In this document: positions 10,745-20,319 of the stretch, piece by piece | Layout: every line of letters begins with the position of its first letter | Numbering within the stretch: position 1 is the first letter of the stretch | From: Myxococcota bacterium | GTDB lineage: Bacteria; Myxococcota_A; UBA796; CAJQPC01 | Length of the DNA stretch: 64,000 nt | Reading direction: 5' to 3' | Assembly (NCBI GenBank): GCA_036012755.1 | Contig: DASCPX010000137.1 | Location: 1-64,000, forward strand | Program-made: the position numbers and the translations under genes | Notes under the pieces: model-generated | The model's database searches: none | What the model was told of the DNA's origin: nothing | What the model saw: the letters and a program-made list of their open reading frames with translations, nothing else

Positions 10745-12910
10745 ATGGTCCTTCTCCTCGCCCTCGCCTGCCGCAACAAGGACACCCTGGACTCGGGTGT
10801 CATCGATGACAGCTCGCCGCCAGAGGTGGTCGACGCGGACGGGGACGGCTCCCCAGAGGACGAGGACTGCGACGACCTCAACAACACGGTGAAGCCCGGC
10901 AACACGGAGATCCCCTACAACGGTCAGGACGACGACTGCGACGAGGAGACCCTCGACGACGACCTCGACGGCGACGGCTATCTCGAGGCAGACGACTGCG
11001 ACGACCTCGACGAGGCGGTGAACCCCGGGGCCACAGAGACCTGCAACGGCCTCGACGACGACTGCGACGGAGACATCGACGACGCGGTCGGTGACCTCTG
11101 GTACGCGGACCACGACGGCGACGGCTTCGGCGACGCGGACGTGGAGAGCCAGAGCTGCGACGGAGAGGCCGGCACGGTCGCGGACTCCAGCGACTGCGAC
11201 GACACGGACGACGCCATCTTCCCCGGCGCCGAAGAGGTCTGCGACGAGGACGACAACGACTGCGACGGTGACGTCGACGAGGGGGTGCAGACCACCTTCT
11301 ACGTGGACGCCGACGGAGACGGAGCGGGCTCCAGCGACCTGACGGTGGAGGGCTGTGATGTGCCCACGGGCTTTGCGGAGGGCGACGACGACTGTGACGA
11401 CGACGACGCGGCGGTCTCACCCAACGCCACGGAGCTCTGCGACGAGCTCGACAACGACTGCGACGGAGACATCGACGAGGACGACGCCGCTGACGCCGAG
11501 ACCTGGTACCAGGACGGGGACTCCGACGGCTACGGCGACCCGGATGTGAGCACAGAGAGCTGCTCCGAGCCCAGCGGCTACGTCGACAACGACGACGACT
11601 GCGACGACACGGACGACGAGCTCAACCCCGAGACGACCTGGTACATCGACTACGACGGCGACGGCTACGGGGACGACGCCTACTCCCTGGAGAGCTGCGA
11701 GCAGCCCAGCGGCTACGTCTCGGACACGGACGACTGCGACGACACGGACGAGGACATCAACCCCGACGCGGAAGAGGTCTGCAACGACCTCGACGACGAC
11801 TGCGACGGTGACGTCGACGAGGACGACCTGGACGGTCCCTCCGCGGAGACCTGGTACGCCGACGCAGACGGTGACGGCTACGGCGACGCCTCATCGACGC
11901 TCGAGACCTGCGAGGAAGAGCCCAGCGGCTACGTCGATGACGACACGGACTGCGATGACACCGACGGCGACGTGAGCCCGGCCGGGACAGAGGTCCGGGA
12001 CGGGGTTGACAACGACTGCGACGGGGCTGGCTACGACGGCGACTACAGCGCCTCGAGCGACGCGAGCATCGCCACTGGGGAGTGGGAGTTCACGGACTTC
12101 GAGGTCCAGAGCTCCGTCACCGTGACCGCGAGCGGCAGCGACGCCCTGGAGATCTGGGTCATCGGCACGGCGACGGTCGACGGCACGCTGGATCTCTCCG
12201 GCTCCGATGGGGATGCCCACGGGGCCTTCAAGTACTCGCCCAGCGCTGGCGGGAGCGGTGTCGGCGGCGGCGGCGATGGAGGCGACGGGGCCTCCTACTC
12301 CTCCTACTCACCTGTCGACGGCAGCGGTGACGGCGGCGGCTCCGCAGGGACCGACGGCATGATCGGGGGCGGTGGAGGCGGCGGCGGTCACGCCACGGCG
12401 GGGGACGACGGAGAGGACGGCACCTGCACGACCTCGCGCTGCGGCTCGGAGTACACGGTCGCCGGGGGCTCTGGAGGCGCAGCCAGCGGCTCCTCCACCA
12501 CCGCGGCCCTGGAGGGCGGCTCGGGCGGTGGCGGCGGTGGCTGGGGAGTGGCCGACAACGGTGACGGTGGCGGCGGTGGCGCCGGCGGCGGTGCGCTCTA
12601 CATCTCGGCAGAAGACCTCGACGTCAACGGCACGATCACCTGCTCCGGCGGGGACGGTGGCGGTGACAGCAGCGGCTACGACGGTGGCTCGGGCGGCGGC
12701 GGCAGTGGAGGCACGGCATGGCTGGTGGCCGACACGATGGACATCAGCGGCAGCGTGCTCTGCGGCGGCGGGGTCGGCGGCGAGACGGTGGTCGGCGGCT
12801 CCACAGCCCAGGGTGGCTACGGCGGCGACGGCGCTGACGGCCGGATCTGGATCGACGCCGCCACCCTCAGCGAGACGGGCACGGTGTCCCCGAGCTGGTC
12901 GGCGCCCTGA
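10745..12910 (+). CDS. Putative lipoprotein with many MopE-like repeats and a glycine-rich C-terminal domain
   Basis: MVLLLALAC start, upstream GGAGG, repeated WYxDxDGDGYG/DCDD/DNDCDG, GGGGGG-rich C-terminus. Confidence 0.88.
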   Translation: MVLLLALACRNKDTLDSGVIDDSSPPEVVDADGDGSPEDEDCDDLNNTVKPGNTEIPYNGQDDDCDEETLDDDLDGDGYLEADDCDDLDEAVNPGATETCNGLDDDCDGDIDDAVGDLWYADHDGDGFGDADVESQSCDGEAGTVADSSDCDDTDDAIFPGAEEVCDEDDNDCDGDVDEGVQTTFYVDADGDGAGSSDLTVEGCDVPTGFAEGDDDCDDDDAAVSPNATELCDELDNDCDGDIDEDDAADAETWYQDGDSDGYGDPDVSTESCSEPSGYVDNDDDCDDTDDELNPETTWYIDYDGDGYGDDAYSLESCEQPSGYVSDTDDCDDTDEDINPDAEEVCNDLDDDCDGDVDEDDLDGPSAETWYADADGDGYGDASSTLETCEEEPSGYVDDDTDCDDTDGDVSPAGTEVRDGVDNDCDGAGYDGDYSASSDASIATGEWEFTDFEVQSSVTVTASGSDALEIWVIGTATVDGTLDLSGSDGDAHGAFKYSPSAGGSGVGGGGDGGDGASYSSYSPVDGSGDGGGSAGTDGMIGGGGGGGGHATAGDDGEDGTCTTSRCGSEYTVAGGSGGAASGSSTTAALEGGSGGGGGGWGVADNGDGGGGGAGGGALYISAEDLDVNGTITCSGGDGGGDSSGYDGGSGGGGSGGTAWLVADTMDISGSVLCGGGVGGETVVGGSTAQGGYGGDGADGRIWIDAATLSETGTVSPSWSAP
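10829..10933. repeat. 105-bp perfect inverted repeat, right copy (pairs with 4075..4179)
   Basis: Direct sequence comparison. Confidence 0.9.
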
Positions 12911-13244
12911 GGAAGGCCTCGACGGAGTTCATCCAGCCGCGCACCTGCTCCGCCGAGGGGTGGAGCTCGTAGCCCTTGTGGTGGCAGGCCTGGCTCAGGG
13001 CGTTCCAGGTCCAGGCGATGGACCAGGCGTCCCCGAGGCCGTCCCCCCTCACACGGAGCGTGATCAGCTGGAGGGTGACCGTGCCCTTGCCAGCGCCCGG
13101 AACGAGCACCTCCACGCGCTCGCGCAGCTCCTGTTCCAGGGCCTGTCTCGTCAGCAGGCAGACCGCGCGGACCCAGGCGGGGCCGAGCTCGCCGTGGTCC
13201 TCGTAGATGCCCCACGCTGCGCTCAGGCGTTCGCTGGCTTGCAC
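12867..13244 (-). CDS. Small helical protein, possibly divergent HEPN-like, coupled to the Rad50-like ATPase
   Basis: GTG start overlapping the ATPase end; RAVCLLTRQALE ... WNALSQACHHKGYEL. Confidence 0.65.
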   Translation of the reverse strand: MQASERLSAAWGIYEDHGELGPAWVRAVCLLTRQALEQELRERVEVLVPGAGKGTVTLQLITLRVRGDGLGDAWSIAWTWNALSQACHHKGYELHPSAEQVRGWMNSVEAFLRAPTSSGTPCPSR

Positions 13245-15682
13245 GGGAGCTCCTTCAGGAGGCGGCGCGTGTCCCTGAGCACGCGGGCCGGATCCAGCTC
13301 CAGCTCGCCGTGGGCGCCTCGCACGATGTTGTCGACGACCAGCTCCAGCTCGGGACCGAGGTTGCTGGCGGCGCCATCGAGGTCCTTGCCGTTCCCGCAG
13401 AGGTCCAGGGCCAGGCGGTACCAGGTGCCCCGGGCGTCGTCGAGCATCTCCTCGACCTCTCGGTGGGAGCGCCGCGTGAGCTCCCGGCGCCGGATGCGCT
13501 GGGCCAGGCGAGCGTCCAGGGCGAGGCGGCACAGCCCGGGCACTACAGCCGCGCAGACCTTCGCGTCGACCTTGCCCTTGGCGCTGATGATGCGGTTGGC
13601 CTCTTCGAGGTGTACCTCTACCGGGTCCCTGTACCGCGTGGGCTCCACTCGCCCGCCCGGGTGGCGCTCCACGTTCCAGCAGGTCGCGCCCTCGCCTGCG
13701 CGCTGCACGGCGTCCCAGAGGCGAGGGTCGTGGGTGAAGACCACCACCTGTCGGCTCTCTGCGATGCCGAGCAGCAGCCGCGCGAGGCCGTCGACCTTGT
13801 GGGGGTCCATGGCCTGCACCGGGTCGTCGATCACCACGAAGCGGAAGGGGCTGGAGTCCACCGTCGCCCTCGGCAGGAACAGTGACAGTGACAGCGCGTT
13901 GAGCTCTCCCTGGCTCATCACGGCGAGCGCGTTGGTGTCGGAGCCCTCGACCTTGGCGGGCAGCTTCAGCGCAGGTCGCGCCGTGCCGCTGAGGTCGAGG
14001 GGCTCCAGCGAGACGCCGGAGTCGGTGCGCAGGGTCTCCCAGATCGAGATGGCCTTTTCGCTGATCGGCTCCAGGCGCCGCAGGCGCAGCCTGGTCTGTA
14101 GCTTCTTCACCCACTTCTCGGCGGCATCCACGGGCTTCGCAGCGCGGGCTTGGGGGAAGGAGACTCCAGCCTCCTCCACGAGCTCGTCCAGCTTGACGCG
14201 CAGGCGCAGCCAGGCGCTGTCCAGGGCCTCGAGGCGGGTCCTGGCTTCGCGCTGCAGGGCCTCGAGCAGGGGGCGCAGCGCCTTGGCTGCCGCCTGTCCT
14301 CGGCTGGCCATCAGGCTGGGCTTGGGCTCCTCGCGGACGGCCGCCCAGGTGCCCCAAGCCTCCGCGGCCTCGGTCGGCAGCGCCAACTTCTCGAGCTCTC
14401 CGAGGCAGGCGGGTGGGGCGGCCACGAGCTTCTGGAAGTCGGAGGTCGCCTTCTTAAGCGTCGCCTCGGCGCTCCGGACGGTGCGAGAGGCCTGCTGGGC
14501 CTCCTCCATCCGCGCTCGGGCCCCCGTGACCCACTGGGCCGAGAGCGGGGCTCCGCAGACCGCGCAGTCTTCGGCGTTGGTGCGGTCGTGCAGCGAGAGC
14601 GCCTTCTCCAGCAGCGTCGCGAGCTCGGCGCTCTGGCTGCCGCTGGTCCCAGCGAGCGCGGCCAGCGCCTCCACCGCCTCGAGCACGGCCTCCGCGGCCT
14701 CGTCCACGTCGGCTTCGGTGGGCAGCTGCAGCTGGGCGAGCTGCTTGAGCGTCGCTGGCTCGGAGCCTGGCGGGGTCGGCTGCTCGTCGAGGGTCGCCAG
14801 GTGGGCTCGCAGGGCCTCCAGCTCGTCGCCCTTCCAGTCTCCCAGCGCTTCGATCGCAGCTGTGGCGCGCTCGTCGTCGGGCAAGGCGCGGAGTCCCACG
14901 AGGGCGGCCTCGACATGTTCCTCGAGCTCCTTGCCGAGCTTGCCCACCACCAGGCGATGGTCAGCGAGCACCTTGCGCGCGTCCTCCACCTCGTCCAGCC
15001 CCAGGAGGTGCGCGAGCTGGCGGAAGCGCTTGGTGCCCTTGGCGTTGGGGAGCTGGCTGAGCTCGGAGTAGGTCAGGACCGGGTCGGCGTCCTTGACCCC
15101 CTGGTCCCAACCCAGCTCGGCGCCCATGCCTTCGGGCGACAGGGGGGCGGCCTCCGGGCTCTCGGTCCGCTCGGCCCAGGTCTTCGAGGCGCTGCGCTCG
15201 CCTTCTCCTTCCACCAGCACGCCGGCCTCGACGCGGATCGGCCCCTCCCAGCCGAGGTGAGCCCAGCCCTCTCTCCACTCCTTCTCGTTGTCCCGGTCCT
15301 CCCAGCGCATCGAGCTCCCGCTGAGCAGCACCTCGAGGCCCTCGGCCAGGCTCGACTTGCCGCAGCCGTTGCGCCCCTGGGCGACGGTGAGCCCCGGGCC
15401 GGGCTCGAGCTCCAGGCGGGCCGTCGGCCCGACGCCGCGGAAGCCCTCGACCTCGATGTAGCGGAGCCACGTCTTCGGGCCGTCGACGCTGCTGACGTCC
15501 ACCGGTGGCGGCTCAGGAGCCACTCCGTTGATCGCCTCGGCGACCGCCCCGGGCTGCGCGAAGGCCGCCCTGACGTAGCGCTCGACGTCCTCGGCCAGCT
15601 TGGCGTCGCGGAGCTCATCTTCGATGTCGCGCCAGAGCGTGGCGTCCATCCGCCCTCCAGCCGTCGTTGTATCGCGCTTCAT
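13223..15682 (-). CDS. Rad50/SbcC-like ABC ATPase with coiled coil and zinc hook
   Basis: Walker A GRNGCGKSS, central CAVC, signature MSQGE, Walker B/D-loop VVIDDPVQAMD, H-loop FTHD. Confidence 0.9.
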   Translation of the reverse strand: MKRDTTTAGGRMDATLWRDIEDELRDAKLAEDVERYVRAAFAQPGAVAEAINGVAPEPPPVDVSSVDGPKTWLRYIEVEGFRGVGPTARLELEPGPGLTVAQGRNGCGKSSLAEGLEVLLSGSSMRWEDRDNEKEWREGWAHLGWEGPIRVEAGVLVEGEGERSASKTWAERTESPEAAPLSPEGMGAELGWDQGVKDADPVLTYSELSQLPNAKGTKRFRQLAHLLGLDEVEDARKVLADHRLVVGKLGKELEEHVEAALVGLRALPDDERATAAIEALGDWKGDELEALRAHLATLDEQPTPPGSEPATLKQLAQLQLPTEADVDEAAEAVLEAVEALAALAGTSGSQSAELATLLEKALSLHDRTNAEDCAVCGAPLSAQWVTGARARMEEAQQASRTVRSAEATLKKATSDFQKLVAAPPACLGELEKLALPTEAAEAWGTWAAVREEPKPSLMASRGQAAAKALRPLLEALQREARTRLEALDSAWLRLRVKLDELVEEAGVSFPQARAAKPVDAAEKWVKKLQTRLRLRRLEPISEKAISIWETLRTDSGVSLEPLDLSGTARPALKLPAKVEGSDTNALAVMSQGELNALSLSLFLPRATVDSSPFRFVVIDDPVQAMDPHKVDGLARLLLGIAESRQVVVFTHDPRLWDAVQRAGEGATCWNVERHPGGRVEPTRYRDPVEVHLEEANRIISAKGKVDAKVCAAVVPGLCRLALDARLAQRIRRRELTRRSHREVEEMLDDARGTWYRLALDLCGNGKDLDGAASNLGPELELVVDNIVRGAHGELELDPARVLRDTRRLLKELPCKPANA

Positions 15683-15740
15683 GTCGCCACCAGGCTGCAG
15701 GTTCGATCACCAGAGCCCACTCCTGGTCCTTCTGGACAGC

Positions 15741-17726
15741 TCAGCGAGCGGCGAGCACCTGCGCGAAGAGCTCCGGGTCGGTCGGGACGTAGAGGGGCGG
15801 GGAGCCTGCTGCGAGCAGCTCTTCGACCCGGTCGAGCTCGCAGAGCAGACCGATGACCTCGACGCGCTCGGCGGTGGGAAGGTCCCCGTGGAAGCGCCCC
15901 GGAGACACGCGGGTCGCCAGGATGTCGTGGCTCCGTCGCAGCGCCGCCGTCGCGTGCTCTGGCCCCGGCCATGCGTCGAGGCGGCCCTCGATGAGGCAGG
16001 CGTAGGGGTTCGAGCTCTTGATCCGCGCCCGGCGCATCAGGCCCGAGCCCTCCAACGCGCAGACCAGGAGGGCACCACCGGCGTCACCCAGCCCGTGGAC
16101 CAGCGCCGTGCCTCGAGGTGTCTGGACCCGGACCGGCCAGGGCAGGTCAGCTCCCACGAGGAACGCCCTCGCCAGTGCAGAGGGCATGCGACGCGGAGCC
16201 ACGCGTGCCCAGCGGGGGAGCTCGTCGGTGTCGGCGCTCCGGGTGACCACTCGCTTGGGCTGGGTCACCAGCGGGACGCGTCCCCGACCGCCGATGCCCA
16301 CGCCGGCTGAGAGGTCCTCTACCGTGCCGATGGCCTCGCCGGTGGTGCTGTCGATGACCTCGACCTGGAGGTCTTCGCTCAGGTTGGCGTGGAGGCGACC
16401 GTAGCCCCACTCGCGCTCGGCTCGCGGTCCCAGGCGGTAGCTCCCCGGGATGCGCTCGAGCCAGCCGGCCAGGGCCATGCCCTCCAGGAGGGCCTCCAGG
16501 CGCTCCTCGCTGTGGTGCCTCGGCAGGCGCCGGGCCATGGCCTTCGCGGTGATGGTCTTGTTGGACCTCGCCTGCAGGATCGAGAGGGCCTGCTGGACCA
16601 ACACGCTCGCGCGAAAGACCCGTGGGCCGTCGTGCCAGTGACCGTCTCGCTGGGCCTCGAGCAGCGTGCGAGCCCGCGTGGCGTCGAAGCGGTTGTCCAC
16701 GAGGATCAACAGGGGGTTGGACCGGCCGCGCCGATTGCCCCTTCCGGCCCGCTGGAGCAGCGAGGCCACGCTCGGCGGCACGCCGTGGCAGACGACGATG
16801 TCGATGTCGCCGATGTCGATGCCCAGCTCCAGGGTCGAGGTCGCCACGCAGCAGCCCACCGGCGCGGCGAGGAAGCGGCGCTCCACGTCGAGGCGGCGCG
16901 AGCGCGAGAGGCTGCCGTGGTGGGCGAAGACCGCCGAGTGGAAGGGTGGGCGGTCGCGCAGGAGGCGGACGAGGACCTCGACGTCCCGCCGCCGGTTGCA
17001 GAAGAGCAGGACCTTGCGGCTGCCCTCTCGAGCGTGCTGACAGAGCAGCGCCGCGAGCCCCTCGTCATGGGTGGTGACGACCCTGGCCACGATCGGTCGG
17101 CGGTCCCCGGCGCGGATCACGACCCCGTCCTGCAGCCAGCGTCGGGCGAGGGCCTCTGGCCCGGCGACGGTGGCGCTGGCGGCTACGACCTGGAGAGGGA
17201 GGGGGCCCTGCTCGTCCCTGCGCTCCACGCGCATGCGCTGGACCAGCACGCGGAGGTGGTCGCCGCGCACAGAGCCTTCGAGCACGTGGAGCTCGTCGAG
17301 GACCAGCGCCCTCACGCTGCAGATGGCCTCTGGCGCACGAGACAGGCGGCTGTCGAGGCCCTCTGGCGTCAGCAGGGTGACGGCGTGGAGGCGGCCCCCG
17401 TCGTGGTGATCTCCGGTCCAGCGCCCGACGTCGATCCCCAGCTCTTCCAGGCGTGGCCTGATTCGCCGGTAGAGGTCGTTCACCAGCGCCCGGGTCGGCG
17501 AGACGATCAGCAGGCGCGGCCGGCGGTCACCGGGGACCACGTGTCGCTGGACCAGCGGCGCCAGGTAGGCGAGGGTCTTGCCGCCGGCGGTCGGGGCGAT
17601 GAGCAGCGCTTCCTGTCCCTGCACGAGGGGCTCGATCGCGCGGAGCTGGATGTCGGTCGGGCGCTTGTGACGCGCGAGGAGGGCCCAGCTGGGGCCGAGG
17701 GCATCCCGGCACTCTCGCGGAGTCAA
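15741..17726 (-). CDS. Lhr-like DEAD/DEAH-box (SF2) helicase
   Basis: APTAGGKT, SPTRALVND, TPE, DELH, SAT, HHGSL, TSTLELGIDIG, QRAGRGNR. Start re-called at the TTG overlapping the upstream TGA. Confidence 0.92.
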   Translation of the reverse strand: MTPRECRDALGPSWALLARHKRPTDIQLRAIEPLVQGQEALLIAPTAGGKTLAYLAPLVQRHVVPGDRRPRLLIVSPTRALVNDLYRRIRPRLEELGIDVGRWTGDHHDGGRLHAVTLLTPEGLDSRLSRAPEAICSVRALVLDELHVLEGSVRGDHLRVLVQRMRVERRDEQGPLPLQVVAASATVAGPEALARRWLQDGVVIRAGDRRPIVARVVTTHDEGLAALLCQHAREGSRKVLLFCNRRRDVEVLVRLLRDRPPFHSAVFAHHGSLSRSRRLDVERRFLAAPVGCCVATSTLELGIDIGDIDIVVCHGVPPSVASLLQRAGRGNRRGRSNPLLILVDNRFDATRARTLLEAQRDGHWHDGPRVFRASVLVQQALSILQARSNKTITAKAMARRLPRHHSEERLEALLEGMALAGWLERIPGSYRLGPRAEREWGYGRLHANLSEDLQVEVIDSTTGEAIGTVEDLSAGVGIGGRGRVPLVTQPKRVVTRSADTDELPRWARVAPRRMPSALARAFLVGADLPWPVRVQTPRGTALVHGLGDAGGALLVCALEGSGLMRRARIKSSNPYACLIEGRLDAWPGPEHATAALRRSHDILATRVSPGRFHGDLPTAERVEVIGLLCELDRVEELLAAGSPPLYVPTDPELFAQVLAAR

Positions 17727-19042
17727 CCGTGCCGCCGGGCGTCCCAGATGGCCACCGCGGTCCTCACGACGTCGCGGGCCGACTCCAGCTCTCCCCAGTG
17801 GGCGGCCTGGACCAGGGCCTGGTGGACCTCTGTGGTCTGCTCCTCCGAGGGGTCGAACTCCGGCCAGGCCCGCCGCACGAGGGCGAGGACCCGGGCCCCC
17901 AGGACGCCGGCTTCGCTGCCTCGAGGGGGCTCCAGGTCCAGGACGTGGGAGTCCCCCTCGATCACCCTGGCCAGGACGCGCTCGATCTCCGGGTTCGGCG
18001 TGAAGGTGCAGATGGCGGTCAGGGGCTGATCCGGCCGCCAGCGCGCGGGGATGCGACGGTGGACGGGGTGTCCGCCCCTGCGGACAGAGGCGGGCTCGAA
18101 GGCCAGCTCCTCGCGGCGGAGCGTCGCCATCGCCACGAAGCGCAAGAGGTTCTCTGCCATCTCGCGGGAGACGGAGCCCAGGCGATCGAGGTACTCGGCC
18201 TCGTCGAGGATGACCAGCAAGCCCTGCCAGCCGGCGTCCTTCGCCCAGCCAGCGAGAGCCCCCAGCAGGTTGGCCACGACCTGGCCGTAGGTGCGCCAGT
18301 CGGGCAGCGCGAGCATGGCGGCGCCTCGGTAGCCCCTGCGACACAGCCTCCTGCCGAGCTCGTTGTTGTCTGCTCGCTCCTGGCCTCCGACGAAGGCGAG
18401 GACCTCGTCCGCGAGCTGAGGTGGGGCGTGGTGAGCCGCGAACAGCGCCGCGGACAGCCAGCGCTGGGAGCGCTCTCCGAAGAGGTGGGGACGGTCGGGC
18501 TCCAGCCTCTCCAGCAGGGGCAGGAGTCCTCCGCCGAGGTGGTCGGGGTAGCTGAGGTTGCGGACCAGCTCGCCCCAGAGTCGCACCGGGTGGGCGGGGG
18601 TGATGTCCACTGGATCGAAGGTGGCCCTGGCGACCACCCAGCCGCGCTGCAGGGCTGTCGCCTCGGCGAGGTCTGCCGTGTGGGTCTTGCCGTGGCCGTA
18701 GCCCCCCCTGACGACGCGAAGACCGGTGCCTCGCTCGAGCATCTCCGTGATCGAGGCCAGCTCCCGGCTGCGCCCGACGGTGAGTGTGGTCACGGCCATG
18801 CGGGGCACGACTCCCAGGCGGAGCGCCTCCAGGGCCTGCAGGGCGTCCGCGCGGCTCGCCGTCGTCTCGGGGATCTCCACCGCCACCCTGGTCGCTGCGC
18901 TCCCTCCGAGCTCGTCGACGGACATGGTCCAGGGGGCCGATCGTCCATCGAAGCGGACCTGGCAGCGGCGCCCTCCGTCGAGGACGCGCAGGACCGTGCC
19001 GGCGCCGAGCACGGGGTGGTTCACGCGGTCGAGGTCGTGCAT
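17723..19042 (-). CDS. DUF2791/BrxD-like P-loop ATPase with N-terminal Tudor/SH3-like segment
   Basis: LEALRLGVVP, TVGR, Walker A GGYGHGKTH, Walker B GLLVILDEAE. ATG overlaps the upstream TGA. Confidence 0.85.
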   Translation of the reverse strand: MHDLDRVNHPVLGAGTVLRVLDGGRRCQVRFDGRSAPWTMSVDELGGSAATRVAVEIPETTASRADALQALEALRLGVVPRMAVTTLTVGRSRELASITEMLERGTGLRVVRGGYGHGKTHTADLAEATALQRGWVVARATFDPVDITPAHPVRLWGELVRNLSYPDHLGGGLLPLLERLEPDRPHLFGERSQRWLSAALFAAHHAPPQLADEVLAFVGGQERADNNELGRRLCRRGYRGAAMLALPDWRTYGQVVANLLGALAGWAKDAGWQGLLVILDEAEYLDRLGSVSREMAENLLRFVAMATLRREELAFEPASVRRGGHPVHRRIPARWRPDQPLTAICTFTPNPEIERVLARVIEGDSHVLDLEPPRGSEAGVLGARVLALVRRAWPEFDPSEEQTTEVHQALVQAAHWGELESARDVVRTAVAIWDARRHG

Positions 19043-20319
19043 CAGAACTCCTCCAGGGACGCGCCCCCCGACAAGCAGACGAGGTCGCCGCCTTCTCCGG
19101 TCAGCTCGGCCAGCTCCTCGGCGCTCAGGACGTGCTCGTCGTGGGTCTGGCGGTGCAGGAGGTCCACCGCCGCCTTCGCGAAGTCGCGCCGGTGGCCGAC
19201 CTCGAAGGTGGTCAGGGCGACCTCCTCTGCGAGCATCTCGAGGTTGGTCTCCTGGATGCCCCTGTCGAGCTCGACGTCGCGGGCGACCTCGAAGACCTCG
19301 AGCAGCCGGAGACCGATGGCGGCCAGCAGCGCCTTGGGGCTCGGGCCGAGCTCCTCCAGGTCGATGACGACGGACTGGGGGCTCGCAGCGGCCATCGGAT
19401 GGGGGGCCAGCAGGCGCTTCTGGAGGGCGGGGTACTCGGGGACGACCTGGCGCAGGAACTCCGGGGGCACGGCGTAGAGGCAGAGCACGCCGGGCAGCAC
19501 GCCGGCGCCGCAGTGGTCGACCATCTCGCGCAGGTTGTCGGCGACCGCCCGCCGCCGGCGAGGAGGCAGCGAGATGTTGCGATCCATCTCGTCGAAGGCC
19601 AGCACCAGGCCGCGGCCGCCCAGGGCCTGCAGCACCTGCACGAGGGAGCGCAGCATGCGGAAGCCGTTGACCCGCGTGATCTCCTCGCGGATCCCGAGGT
19701 GGGAGACCTCTCGGCGGGTGACGCGTTCGCCGTGGAGCCAGGAAGCGACGAGGTCCTCTGTCTCCGAGTCCCCGTCGAGGTTGGCTCGAAGGAAGGCGAC
19801 CACGGCCGCCCGGTATGAGCGCGAGTCGATGGGGTGGCGGCGGAGGGTGCCGTCGATCCAGCGGCGAGTCCCCTCTTCGCCGAGCTGCACCAGCAGGGCG
19901 TCGAGGCCGGCACGCAGGGTGTCGTCCACTCCGCGGGTGGGCTCCATCAGCTCGTCCGGCGGGGGCCAGGTCAGGGCCTCGGCCACGCCCTGGTAGACGA
20001 GGAGGTTGTTGTCGAAGGGGCGCTCGGTCGGGCTGAGGCTGACGATCGCAGCGCACATCCCCCGGTTCCATCCTCGCTGCCGGACACAGCGCAAGAACAG
20101 GCTCTTGCCCCCGCCGAAGTAGGCCTGGACCAGCTTGAAGGCAGAGCCACTGGCCGTGGCGGCCATCGGGTCGAGGTACTCGCGCTCGATGATGCGGAGG
20201 ATGCTGTCGAAGCCGACCTGGACGTGATCGGCGCCGAGCTCGGGCGGCACGCCGGACTCGCCGACGCACTGGATGATGCGCGCCGCGACAGGGCGCGGAA
20301 GGGGGCAGCTCTCAGACAT
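19042..20319 (-). CDS. DUF2791/BrxD-like P-loop ATPase
   Basis: SGVPP, Walker A AYFGGGKS, Walker B GLVLAFDE, YPALQKRL. Confidence 0.85.
   Translation of the reverse strand: MSESCPLPRPVAARIIQCVGESGVPPELGADHVQVGFDSILRIIEREYLDPMAATASGSAFKLVQAYFGGGKSLFLRCVRQRGWNRGMCAAIVSLSPTERPFDNNLLVYQGVAEALTWPPPDELMEPTRGVDDTLRAGLDALLVQLGEEGTRRWIDGTLRRHPIDSRSYRAAVVAFLRANLDGDSETEDLVASWLHGERVTRREVSHLGIREEITRVNGFRMLRSLVQVLQALGGRGLVLAFDEMDRNISLPPRRRRAVADNLREMVDHCGAGVLPGVLCLYAVPPEFLRQVVPEYPALQKRLLAPHPMAAASPQSVVIDLEELGPSPKALLAAIGLRLLEVFEVARDVELDRGIQETNLEMLAEEVALTTFEVGHRRDFAKAAVDLLHRQTHDEHVLSAEELAELTGEGGDLVCLSGGASLEEF

Noticed and set aside
10745..12910. GACGAC-rich repeats as a DNA repeat array or diversity-generating retroelement
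   Set aside because: They encode protein repeats; no reverse transcriptase or adenine-specific mismatch pattern was seen.
12372..15071. Long antisense or alternate-frame ORFs (e.g. 12372..15071, 59903..62641, 5369..7048)
   Set aside because: Shadow ORFs typical of high-GC DNA, overlapping genes with clear motifs.
15741..20319. Complete BREX system
   Set aside because: No PglX methyltransferase, PglZ or BrxC recognised; only BrxD-like ATPases and a helicase.
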